IMG/VR virus record: IMGVR_UViG_3300032782_000001
Coordinates: 186,001-250,000 of that record
Direction: 5' to 3' (one strand)
DNA: 64,000 nucleotides
Position 1 is the stretch's first letter. Every line of letters begins with the position of its first letter. Positions 9,001-17,242 of the stretch are shown in pieces. Under the pieces are notes generated by a model. It worked only from the letters and a program-made list of their open reading frames with translations, was not told the DNA's origin and ran no database searches. The translations under genes were made by a program, and so were the position numbers.

Positions 9001-10641
9001 AGGAATTTCCTGCCGGTTGGAGAAGAAATCTTCGGAAGTCTTTTCTTCGTTCGCGGGGACCTCTCCAAATTCCATTACTTCTGGAATGAGAATGTCCAGA
9101 CCCGTATCGAAATCATTAGATGGAGGGGTGGCGGGTTCTTCTCCAACCGAGTTAGAGTATACCCCCGCCGTTAGACCCATCTTGGCTAGGGGTGTCCCAC
9201 TCAGATTACTAACTGAAATCGTGCTAGTTAAATCTGGGTTCCTATAAAGTCCAGACAGTGTGATTTCAGCTCCACCATAAAGGGTGGCAAGAACACTCCC
9301 GTGGTACTCACCAGGAATGATCCCGAGAGTATTGAGTGCACTGAGATTCTGGTTAGGATTGAGTTGTAGAATGACGGAGGACACAGTCCCGTCAATACTG
9401 GTGCTCCGAATTTCTACAAACTTCTGACCGTTAATTGTAACGGCAGAACATGTTCCTTGAGCCGCTTGAGAAGCCGCAGCAATGGCTGCAGTAACTGTTG
9501 CCGCTACGTCCTCTGCGGTAGTCTCCGGACCCAGATTAATGACGATCGGAGCGTTATTGTTGAGAATCAGTTGAAAGTTACTAGTATTGGTAAAGTTATA
9601 TGGTTCGGGTACATTAGATGTGACAATAGCGCGTCCAGCGCCCGTTCCGAAGCCGTCCGTAGCGTTATGCCATGATTGATTGATGGCATTAATGACATCT
9701 TGAACGGAAGTAATGGTCCCGAAAGCTGTGTCTACTGTAACTGAGTAGCTGGTATCAGGATCAGCTACGACAATTCGAAGAACATCGCCGGGGCCCAGAG
9801 ATGTGAAATTGCTCTGAGTAGTGGTGATGGAAGCGGGTACGGGTCCCGTAGTGAACCAAGAAAGCTGCCAAGTTGGAGTGTATGCCTGATGAGGATCGTA
9901 AGGCTTCTGCGGACTCCAACGTAACCTAGCGTAAACTGGCTGTGCGGGTCCAATATTGGGAACGAGAGTCCTGAACCCTGTCGACAACATCTGCAAAGGA
10001 GCTGTGAGCAGGATTTGTTCACGGGGACTGTAACGAGCTTGGACTGTTCCTCCCCTACCATCAGGAGTATTTGAATTAATCCCTCGTCGAGGCCCGGAAA
10101 ACCCCGTAGCAGTGGCCGTGGTTACAAGTCCATAACCAAGAATCTGAACAATTCCGGGGGTAACATCAGTAATAGTAACAAACGCATCATCGCCAGTAGT
10201 GAAATTACTACCATGAGCGCTTCGAATTTGAAGCCGTCCGTTATTATTACTAGCAGCATTTACAGTGACGCCGAATCCCGCAAGAGTAGCATTGATACGT
10301 GCTGCAATGCGGGAGGCTGTCAAAACCGAAATAGATGAAAGAGTTACAAAATCACCAGCCTGAATCGTGACAACAATGGGATTACCACTATTGACATTGG
10401 GCATGGTAATGGAAAATTGATTTCCAGTTCCAGCTCCAAAGAATGGTTCGTTGTTCAGACCAGTGAGGTAAGCACCAACATCCAGAGCAGCACCGTCAAC
10501 AATTTGACTGACGGTGTCGTTCAGGAAGCCGTTATACTGGCCTCCAGTGAGATTCCAGACCGGCCCCGTGTGGAACGGAACGGTATGGCGTGAAAACCTA
10601 AGCTGAAGGTCATCAATTTGTTGCGCGCGAGGCCTGGTCAT
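6091..10641 (-). CDS. Tailspike/tail fibre with C-terminal right-handed beta-helix (pectin-lyase-like) region
   Basis: 'NAIQQAIA...IQVKSGIYNI...VVIEG' beta-helix entry motif followed by many N-x-I-x-x-C / I-x-G-N rungs. N-terminal half carries repeated beta-sandwich adaptor domains. Confidence 0.75.
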   Translation of the reverse strand: MTRPRAQQIDDLQLRFSRHTVPFHTGPVWNLTGGQYNGFLNDTVSQIVDGAALDVGAYLTGLNNEPFFGAGTGNQFSITMPNVNSGNPIVVTIQAGDFVTLSSISVLTASRIAARINATLAGFGVTVNAASNNNGRLQIRSAHGSNFTTGDDAFVTITDVTPGIVQILGYGLVTTATATGFSGPRRGINSNTPDGRGGTVQARYSPREQILLTAPLQMLSTGFRTLVPNIGPAQPVYARLRWSPQKPYDPHQAYTPTWQLSWFTTGPVPASITTTQSNFTSLGPGDVLRIVVADPDTSYSVTVDTAFGTITSVQDVINAINQSWHNATDGFGTGAGRAIVTSNVPEPYNFTNTSNFQLILNNNAPIVINLGPETTAEDVAATVTAAIAAASQAAQGTCSAVTINGQKFVEIRSTSIDGTVSSVILQLNPNQNLSALNTLGIIPGEYHGSVLATLYGGAEITLSGLYRNPDLTSTISVSNLSGTPLAKMGLTAGVYSNSVGEEPATPPSNDFDTGLDILIPEVMEFGEVPANEEKTSEDFFSNRQEIPANPNDGIQNIGRFAGLNNQGKIPAGVLEIFQRFIQAASIQLGADVTPSAVALAPRILTPHSVSSGQYTLIWESIAIPAPAIPTDVAFRLYTDDSGRMIFTVNAKWNGTAYAKDVASLAATKLSLAPGNDSGSQHFMDVATRGRLSAGTWNESNWDQHAVRLSVFDVADTEWSAELGSKTALACLTGPLLFRDQNTVDPVQLTNSVGSDNAENLHVLDNADPDPTPTLFKRVNAKWTVTCGDGNISFGDFNGVNAIQQAIAFWNSSTPFNHIRIQVKSGIYNINTGVGAISIADGKGVVIEGMHRDGVVINVTDGVTPAIQFGTGVSGANVWLKNLTISHAGPPFARVDVNKNVILVAEDVLFSGTVLQITDGGAYNLIRCVFNTGNASADKPCITMTMGNGLVHGPFKALDCTFNVGQNQPALKLVSASAVVPLTLIGDIEYERCSFNLMSTTGVGGNLVGNCGVIDVDPAGSDATALTGVAVSRLLYRNCQVVANVNGGINSILIHLQPQTNGQNAGTGYLAVHRLEIEGGRWFCTAVPTFFNPFTISDVGGADLIQPGSYGDGQGGVFIRNVTMGFDRGAPGATVSGTMTADSKLWWLGAVGDVINANAWSAFAINAFHIEMNGVQFQGCPQLGASGDLIVRWSELVMKDVSIRDYVLGGIGGQPFHRLRLRPRVASGVPNVFYANIDGLRMTGTTASTGDWAQSAIVILEPWDSTLFSPSPLAGINIINSVIQLYRQPGFAPAQTQAWGFLIPSVATGSLYTGSSNFASNLTIENCHVSEARVGMGFNMFVADSAVSQIRFLNNHIIDCSNSGIAAASAGIGNWFNVSINGNLITNCGQFFNVPGIYMSLVGSGDSAPFEILDNLCYGNNTSTVQIQFEIPAGGIANNKPHGLIMGNDVRNGNTGGHIKVNQLDAGSLQVALTTPSSVSTLGLRGCETGYSITVIGDRVFTSGNAMLHNIATLETP

Positions 10642-10696
10642 GATGCTCCCGTCACAGCAAAACGCACTATAGACCTAGAATAGATCAAAAGAGTAT

Positions 10697-13600
10697 TCAC
10701 AGGAGTACGTACCAGACTTCCACCACGTCAGTGACGATGAGGTTTGGAGCAGTTGGAGGATCTGGGATATACGTCAAGTCTTGATTTGTGATTCCATCAA
10801 CGGTGTAATTCAGTCCGTATGCTTGCTTGACACCATTAATCCACATAATAACTGTAGTCGGATCAACGGGCCTAAGACTGAGAGAAAACGCAGTCTGACC
10901 ATTGGTAGTCACAGGTAGAGTTTCCTGCTTCACCGAAGTCAAACTAATGTCACTGGACCCAAAGAAAATCGGATTATCGTAAATATTGTTTACGAATACC
11001 GGGGGCTCCGTCGGAATTTGAGTCAGATCAATGTTCCGACGACGCTTCTCCAAGGGACGCCCCCACACTCTGAACCTGTCCACAGCCGTATAACCTTCAT
11101 TCGTCCCATTAGCTGAATGGACGACATCAGTATCACGGAAATAAGACGGCATTGCGTGAGTCACGACTATCATCTGCAATTCGAACCCAGCGTGGACTTC
11201 AACAGAAGAAACCACTTCCGGATGGGATTTCACTAAATACGCCACACCAGCGAGAACCGAACCCGCTTCAATGTTGGGTCGAGCTCGAGGAAGCTTGGCA
11301 GAAATTACTCCGCCTGGCCACGGCCCGGTAACAGACCAAGCCGCTCCACCACGAGTGGTCTTGAAGTTGACGACATCTGAGAAACTGTTCGTTCCGTCTA
11401 CCTTTATGATGGACTCTCCGCCCACACCAGATGTGCCTGATGCATGACCACAGAGGAATTCAGTTCCCTCCCAAGTGGACTGCCCGGAGCCGATCGGAGG
11501 ATTGGAGGCCTGGAAAGCAGGGAATGAAAGAGTTCCCATGGGGATGATTCCAACACCGCTTGTACTGCGGGTTTGATAGAGGGACTTACCGACGAAGTCC
11601 TTATCGCGGAACCAAATTCCGAGCGGAAGATTGACCGTGCATCCTGCAAATTCAGGATGAACATCGCGGTCAAATACCTCAGAAATAGCCAAACGAACCG
11701 TAGAAGGCCTGGCAACAAAACCCCCATCTGGTACAACTACGGGGAATCTTGGGGTGGACCAATCTTCATAACCGGTCCTATTGGCAGAGTACCTGCGGTT
11801 CAAATCTACAATTGTTCCCGCATAATCAGGCGGCTGGCTGGGATTTTCTACCGTATTGAGCAGAGGAATTGGATTAGATCCTGAAAGCCTTCCGGTGCCA
11901 AGAGAAGTGACAAAATTCCTGGACGCCAGGACTTCAAATCCAGCTTTATTATTGAACGCGAGCGTGTTTACAGGTCCAACAGGATTTGCCTGAATACTAT
12001 TAGACTCGGACAACGCCAGCGGTCCTAACCGATAAACGTCGTCGGAATAAGCGGATTGCGTACCAAAGATATCTCCTTGATACGGAGACCGACTGTAATA
12101 AACGGTCAGTTCGTTATTGACCGAGTCCACAGACATGGGTGCAGGAGTAATGATCCCGATCTTATTGTCGCCAGTGGAAGTAAAAGTGTTAATCGGAGCT
12201 TCAATGCTTCCACCACCACTGGTTCTGGCTCCAAGGATCCGACCGTTGGTTTGCAAAAACCCGCGATCGAATCCGAAGAGAGTGCACTCAACCAGGAATT
12301 CGGAGTTATCAAATGTGGTTCCAGATGGAGCCTTCGAGAAATCGATAACATCAGCATTCAAGACGAACGTAATGTCACCGTTGTCTCCAACTTCCAATAG
12401 GAACGTTGGACCATCAAAGTCATCTTTGAGAAGATTCGTATCTGTTCCGGCTCCTCCTACAAATTTGCGATCAGTGCTAAAAGGAGAAGCCGCTGGCACA
12501 GTGGGATAGGGGCCAGGACCCGTCGTATTCCTCTTGTAAACCCCCGTAATACGAGCAGGACCATAAAATGGAGGGAACTGAATCCCACGGAAAATGCCGC
12601 CGCCTGAACCTGGAATTCGCTTATTTGAGTATTTTTGCCCGAATACTGAAGGCAGTGTTCCAGTTCCATAAGTTTCTCCAACTACAGGAGTTACAATATA
12701 ATAACCAGCCGTACTTGGATAGCTGACCAGGTTCCTATTCCAGTCGGAGCTGTCTACACCTCCAAATGGACCTTCCTTCGACATCATGATGCAGTTAATT
12801 CCTGAAGGAAACACTGCATTCGTAACTGGAACGATAGGTACATGATGCAGACCAGGCCTCGGAAGGAAGGCCATGTCGATTTCAGCGTACCTAGTTGAAA
12901 CGCCTACGAAGAACAGGTTGAGAGGGTCTACTACCGTATGAACTGTAGTATTCCCCGCTTGATTCAAATGAGGCATAGCCCCTTGGAAAGTGGGAACAAC
13001 CCCATACCAATTGAGCTGGGAACCATCTCTAACAAGGAGCGCAGGAACTAAAACATTCCTGTAAGGAGCCGCATAGACCGTCTTAGACCCTGGGTCGATC
13101 ATGACCTCAGAAGTTTTAGCAACATCTCTGTTGATCCCGGTTTGAACGTACGGGGAATCACTTAGATATGTAGGAATCATGCGATTCCGATCTGAAAGAC
13201 CGGGACGGAGGATAACTTTCGAAGAGTTCGTCGGACTGCCACGATAATGAACAGTGTGTACGTAATCTGGCCTATGAGATAACCCTCGGCCTGCTCCGTA
13301 CACAACTGCAAACTGCACATGCATGACAGTTTTAGTTGCTAAATCTGTGCTGGGAGGCGTCGGAACTGCATCCGTGAACTCTTGTAGTAATGATCCAGGA
13401 GTATTAGGGCCGAATACCCCAATAATATCAATTACAAGATTCCCAGAACCATCTAATGAAACATTCAGTCCTTGACCATGCTTCAGAATCCTTGCACCCA
13501 AAGTAACCAAATTCGGATTGGTAGAAGTGGGAGAAGTCATTAAAGGAGGCGCAGTGGGAACCCCACCATTGGGGTCCGTCGTCATTCCTTCAAATCTGAT

Positions 13601-15355
13601 TAGAACAGCGTCAGGATCCTCGGACGGTAGTACGAATCGGACCTGATCTGAATCAGAAACCGGCATACCTACTTTGAATTCATCCAGACCAATAGTGATT
13701 TGATCGCCGACATACCACCAAGGCGTCGAACCGTTGAGTCGGAAGCCGGGACCACGACCCGGAGCTGCCGCAGTCCATTCCACATTGACAGTATATGGGC
13801 TGACTGCTACTTCAATGCTGTCATCAATGGCATTGGAATTAGATGGAACTTGAACCGGGACGTCATACCTTTCAGTAACAACGGCATCCGAGAACATTCT
13901 CCGATTACCATTGGGTCCATCTAGCCTTGTCAGACCTCCGACAAAGATAGTCCCATCAGTAATCCGATCTCCGTAGAAAACAACAGTGCCAGCAGAATTG
14001 GTTGATCCGTACCTCTTCCACGCCGTACGAAGGTTCCCCTTCATGAGCTGTGTTAGAGCAGTCTCCAACATTGCTTCATAATCGAATTTATCGGCTACAG
14101 AATGGCGAAGGTCGAGAATGTCGGTGGAAGTGATCTGGTCCGCGAAAAGTCCATCCGGCCGAACAGTGTACAGGATTACTGGAGTCCCTTGCTTATGAGA
14201 TCGGACTGTGGTTTGAAGCTGACCACGATCCATTGTAACAACGAAGGATGTAGGACTCGTTTGTGTGATGTTATTAACACGGACAATTTCTTGGTTGATC
14301 TTAAAATATGCTTCACCGAAATTGTTCATCGTGGAGAGCACAGTTCCGGAAATGCTCGTCAACGTGAACTGAACGTCAGTCTCTACGATGTCATTCGGCA
14401 ACAGGACTGTGTTAGTGTAGACGGTTGCACCATCACGAGTCGTGGCCTTACTATTCCGGTTGAAGGCACCTGCAAGGTTGCCTACATCTGAAAAACCCGC
14501 CCCATTCCTTCGGAACACAACGCAAATAGGGATGGCATACGAATATCCATCCACAGTCCCGAAAGTAGTCGGGTCTCCCGACCCAGCCCTCCAAAGACCA
14601 GGATCTCCCAAGAGCTGCCGCATGTTGGTGAAAGGAACAGCACTAGGGACACTCAGGAGGCCTTGAGCAAATACGAGCGATGGATCGAATCCATCTGGAT
14701 TCTGGGCAATGTTGACATTGGTGACAACACGAATTCTATACTGAACCTGAACCCTCTTCGTGGTTTCAAAATTGACATCAGGATCAATCAAATCATCAGG
14801 GAGGAAAGAGAACCCGCCTTCCACATTCCCGAACTTGTAAATGAAACCACGTTGAGGTTTGCCAGGCGCAACGCCAGGAGGCGCCGGATCAACATCGATA
14901 CGCGCGAGCCAAGCTTCCAGGAACACAAATTCCGCTTGATTCCCGCCTGTTGAAGTATTCGGTGGGTTTAGTTGAATTCGATTCCAACTATCAACGTTAT
15001 CCGCCGCAAGAGGCGGCTGTCCAGTGCGAGTCCCCGTGACAGGAACCGGCCAACCATTTACAATAGCCCATGTAACATCACGAATCTCTTGAGGAGAATT
15101 CCTGCCAAAGTAAAATAGATTAGAATAACTTTGTTGAGTAATGAAGTCTCCCCGAGGGGATGCTTCATTCATGAGCCAACCCGAAGCGACTCGAGATCTA
15201 ACTTCCTCCGCTCGGGACTCAAGGTCGATCAGAGCAGCGAGGTTGAGCTCGGAGTCAAGAGGGGGCTTATTTCCCTGGAAGACAACTGCAGCAAGTTGCT
15301 TATCCCGGTCATCAATGAACCGGGTGACTCCAGGGCCTAGAGGGTTCGGCGGCAT
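10697..15355 (-). CDS. Large baseplate/fibre-attachment virion protein (DUF4815/DUF6519-like N-terminus), paralog of 17242..19890
   Basis: VVFQGNKPPLDSELN, FVFLEAW, DDLIDP...ETTKRVQVQYR, GTVDG..YAIPIC.VFRRN and RPDGL.ADQI...DILDLR are shared with the 882-aa protein. Confidence 0.65.
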   Translation of the reverse strand: MPPNPLGPGVTRFIDDRDKQLAAVVFQGNKPPLDSELNLAALIDLESRAEEVRSRVASGWLMNEASPRGDFITQQSYSNLFYFGRNSPQEIRDVTWAIVNGWPVPVTGTRTGQPPLAADNVDSWNRIQLNPPNTSTGGNQAEFVFLEAWLARIDVDPAPPGVAPGKPQRGFIYKFGNVEGGFSFLPDDLIDPDVNFETTKRVQVQYRIRVVTNVNIAQNPDGFDPSLVFAQGLLSVPSAVPFTNMRQLLGDPGLWRAGSGDPTTFGTVDGYSYAIPICVVFRRNGAGFSDVGNLAGAFNRNSKATTRDGATVYTNTVLLPNDIVETDVQFTLTSISGTVLSTMNNFGEAYFKINQEIVRVNNITQTSPTSFVVTMDRGQLQTTVRSHKQGTPVILYTVRPDGLFADQITSTDILDLRHSVADKFDYEAMLETALTQLMKGNLRTAWKRYGSTNSAGTVVFYGDRITDGTIFVGGLTRLDGPNGNRRMFSDAVVTERYDVPVQVPSNSNAIDDSIEVAVSPYTVNVEWTAAAPGRGPGFRLNGSTPWWYVGDQITIGLDEFKVGMPVSDSDQVRFVLPSEDPDAVLIRFEGMTTDPNGGVPTAPPLMTSPTSTNPNLVTLGARILKHGQGLNVSLDGSGNLVIDIIGVFGPNTPGSLLQEFTDAVPTPPSTDLATKTVMHVQFAVVYGAGRGLSHRPDYVHTVHYRGSPTNSSKVILRPGLSDRNRMIPTYLSDSPYVQTGINRDVAKTSEVMIDPGSKTVYAAPYRNVLVPALLVRDGSQLNWYGVVPTFQGAMPHLNQAGNTTVHTVVDPLNLFFVGVSTRYAEIDMAFLPRPGLHHVPIVPVTNAVFPSGINCIMMSKEGPFGGVDSSDWNRNLVSYPSTAGYYIVTPVVGETYGTGTLPSVFGQKYSNKRIPGSGGGIFRGIQFPPFYGPARITGVYKRNTTGPGPYPTVPAASPFSTDRKFVGGAGTDTNLLKDDFDGPTFLLEVGDNGDITFVLNADVIDFSKAPSGTTFDNSEFLVECTLFGFDRGFLQTNGRILGARTSGGGSIEAPINTFTSTGDNKIGIITPAPMSVDSVNNELTVYYSRSPYQGDIFGTQSAYSDDVYRLGPLALSESNSIQANPVGPVNTLAFNNKAGFEVLASRNFVTSLGTGRLSGSNPIPLLNTVENPSQPPDYAGTIVDLNRRYSANRTGYEDWSTPRFPVVVPDGGFVARPSTVRLAISEVFDRDVHPEFAGCTVNLPLGIWFRDKDFVGKSLYQTRSTSGVGIIPMGTLSFPAFQASNPPIGSGQSTWEGTEFLCGHASGTSGVGGESIIKVDGTNSFSDVVNFKTTRGGAAWSVTGPWPGGVISAKLPRARPNIEAGSVLAGVAYLVKSHPEVVSSVEVHAGFELQMIVVTHAMPSYFRDTDVVHSANGTNEGYTAVDRFRVWGRPLEKRRRNIDLTQIPTEPPVFVNNIYDNPIFFGSSDISLTSVKQETLPVTTNGQTAFSLSLRPVDPTTVIMWINGVKQAYGLNYTVDGITNQDLTYIPDPPTAPNLIVTDVVEVWYVLL

Positions 15356-15441
15356 CTCAGGTTGACTCCGTCATCTTGACCGTGCTCAAAGAGACGGTCT
15401 GCATTACCGCCCCATGAACGGCCTACGCCCACCATACCCGG

Positions 15442-16089
15442 TCATTGATAAAGAAACGTCCAGTCAGATAAATACCAAATATGGTTCGGGTCGTTGTTTG
15501 TGAAACGGAGTCTAAAGTTGAAATTTGGACCCCCAGCAAATGGAACCTTCACATCTGGGCTAAGAGTAAAAAGCGTCGAAGTATCAGTGGTATCTCTAAC
15601 TTCAGCCAAAAATATGTTCGGATCAAAATCCGTAAACATGCTTGTGACTGTATCCCAGTTGTAAAGAGCTGGAGGCGCAGGAGTGGATGGTGCGTTAGTA
15701 GGTTCCGTCGAAGGAAAAAACAAAAACGCATACCAATGAGCAAAAATCTGCGTAAAAGCGGGAGTTATGGTCAAAATATTAGTTGTGATCCATCCTTGTT
15801 GGAGGATCAAGCTTCTTTTATTAGGACCCACTCCATATCGATACGATTTAGTGGAATCGATATTTGGAGTAGTTAACAATTCGTCATTCAAACCATCTAC
15901 CATCCCCTGAGATTGAATGAAAGCAGTCGTCTTGGCGCTGATGAGATCGGAAACGGAATCTGTAGAAGCTTGGACCCCCACACTGTCAGGGACATCAATA
16001 ACATATCGTCCGGAAATAGAAAAATTTAAAGGCGCCAGGTAAGTGCCTCGAATTTTGTTTGTTTGAGAATCAACCAAAATCTTGGTCAT
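15442..16089 (-). CDS. Hypothetical virion protein
   Basis: 215-aa beta-rich ORF tightly coupled to the fibre genes. Confidence 0.6.
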   Translation of the reverse strand: MTKILVDSQTNKIRGTYLAPLNFSISGRYVIDVPDSVGVQASTDSVSDLISAKTTAFIQSQGMVDGLNDELLTTPNIDSTKSYRYGVGPNKRSLILQQGWITTNILTITPAFTQIFAHWYAFLFFPSTEPTNAPSTPAPPALYNWDTVTSMFTDFDPNIFLAEVRDTTDTSTLFTLSPDVKVPFAGGPNFNFRLRFTNNDPNHIWYLSDWTFLYQ

Positions 16090-16090
16090 A

Positions 16091-17242
16091 TCAATAACCA
16101 GCAGAGAACACTATGACGTTTATTTTACCGGTGCTACTGTTGTAGAAGCCTAACAGCATAGTATGACTGTTGGCACCTGAGCTGACAGTATGGGAAAGCG
16201 GTCCAAAATTGAAAATGGAAGCGAATGACACTGTTCTGCCTCCAGTAGCATCTTGGACAATTTCAATGGCCACCATCTGCCCATTGGCCATATTGACGGC
16301 ACCGATAGTTGTTGAAGCTTGATCTAGTATGAACCGATGGAAGTTGCTCTGTGCACCATCAGCGTTAGGGAATCCAAATGCTGCAGAAGAATTTTGAGTA
16401 TAAGGGACGGTCCACATCCCCATCTTATTAACTTCAATTCCAGATACTGAAGTCGAGAACCCGCCGATATATCCCATATACATGTACGAAGTTGCAGCAT
16501 CGCGCGGGGTATCTCCAATTCCATAAAAGCCCATCTGGATGTACCCGTTAATACCTCCTGAACTAATCATGTCAATACTGCCACGAGTGGCGCCGAATTT
16601 CTGGACCTTGATTTCCGCGTATGGAAATGAATCATCGCCAGCGAAAATATCAACGAACGGGTTGGCATTATTCTCACTAATATTGACTCGACCATGAGTC
16701 GTGGGAGTAGAGCCAATCAAATTAATGTCAAATTCTGGATGAGTAGATGTTTCTTCGGTTCCAATAGTGGCGTAGGTTTTCCCTGAAACATTGATTGTTG
16801 CCTGACCGGTTCCGTCATAAGCCCAAACCGTTGCATCAGCACCACCACCACTTACGGTTTGCCACGTAGCGGATCCGGCACCCGTTACGACTAGAGCTTT
16901 CCCAACATCGCCACCGGCCGTTACTGGGATGGTAGTACCATTGATTTTTATGACCGTCTGATTTGTATTGCTGCCGGAAAGATCTCCACCAGCTGTAAAA
17001 CCAGTGGCAGTTTGCCAAGCTGCAGCTCCTGCCCCGGTAACAGTCAGCGCTTTCCCAACATCAGGTGCAGAGGTCGTAGGGACGGTTGTTCCGTTAATCT
17101 TGAGGACGTTGGGATTGGGGTAAGAACCACCAAGATCACCTCCAGCTGACCCAGTCACGGCCCCCGGAGGACCTTGAGGACCCGGGGGCCCAATAAGAAG
17201 TCCTAGATTGGCGGAAAGCCCATTGGAAACGGGAAGAGGCAT
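16091..17242 (-). CDS. Tail fibre protein (GGDL repeats, QDATGGRT-type C-terminal domain)
   Basis: Short collagen stub GPPGPQGPPG, two AGGDL(S/G)G...V.KING...WQT repeats, C-terminal 'IVQDATGGRTVSF' motif common in phage fibre tips. Confidence 0.7.
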   Translation of the reverse strand: MPLPVSNGLSANLGLLIGPPGPQGPPGAVTGSAGGDLGGSYPNPNVLKINGTTVPTTSAPDVGKALTVTGAGAAAWQTATGFTAGGDLSGSNTNQTVIKINGTTIPVTAGGDVGKALVVTGAGSATWQTVSGGGADATVWAYDGTGQATINVSGKTYATIGTEETSTHPEFDINLIGSTPTTHGRVNISENNANPFVDIFAGDDSFPYAEIKVQKFGATRGSIDMISSGGINGYIQMGFYGIGDTPRDAATSYMYMGYIGGFSTSVSGIEVNKMGMWTVPYTQNSSAAFGFPNADGAQSNFHRFILDQASTTIGAVNMANGQMVAIEIVQDATGGRTVSFASIFNFGPLSHTVSSGANSHTMLLGFYNSSTGKINVIVFSAGY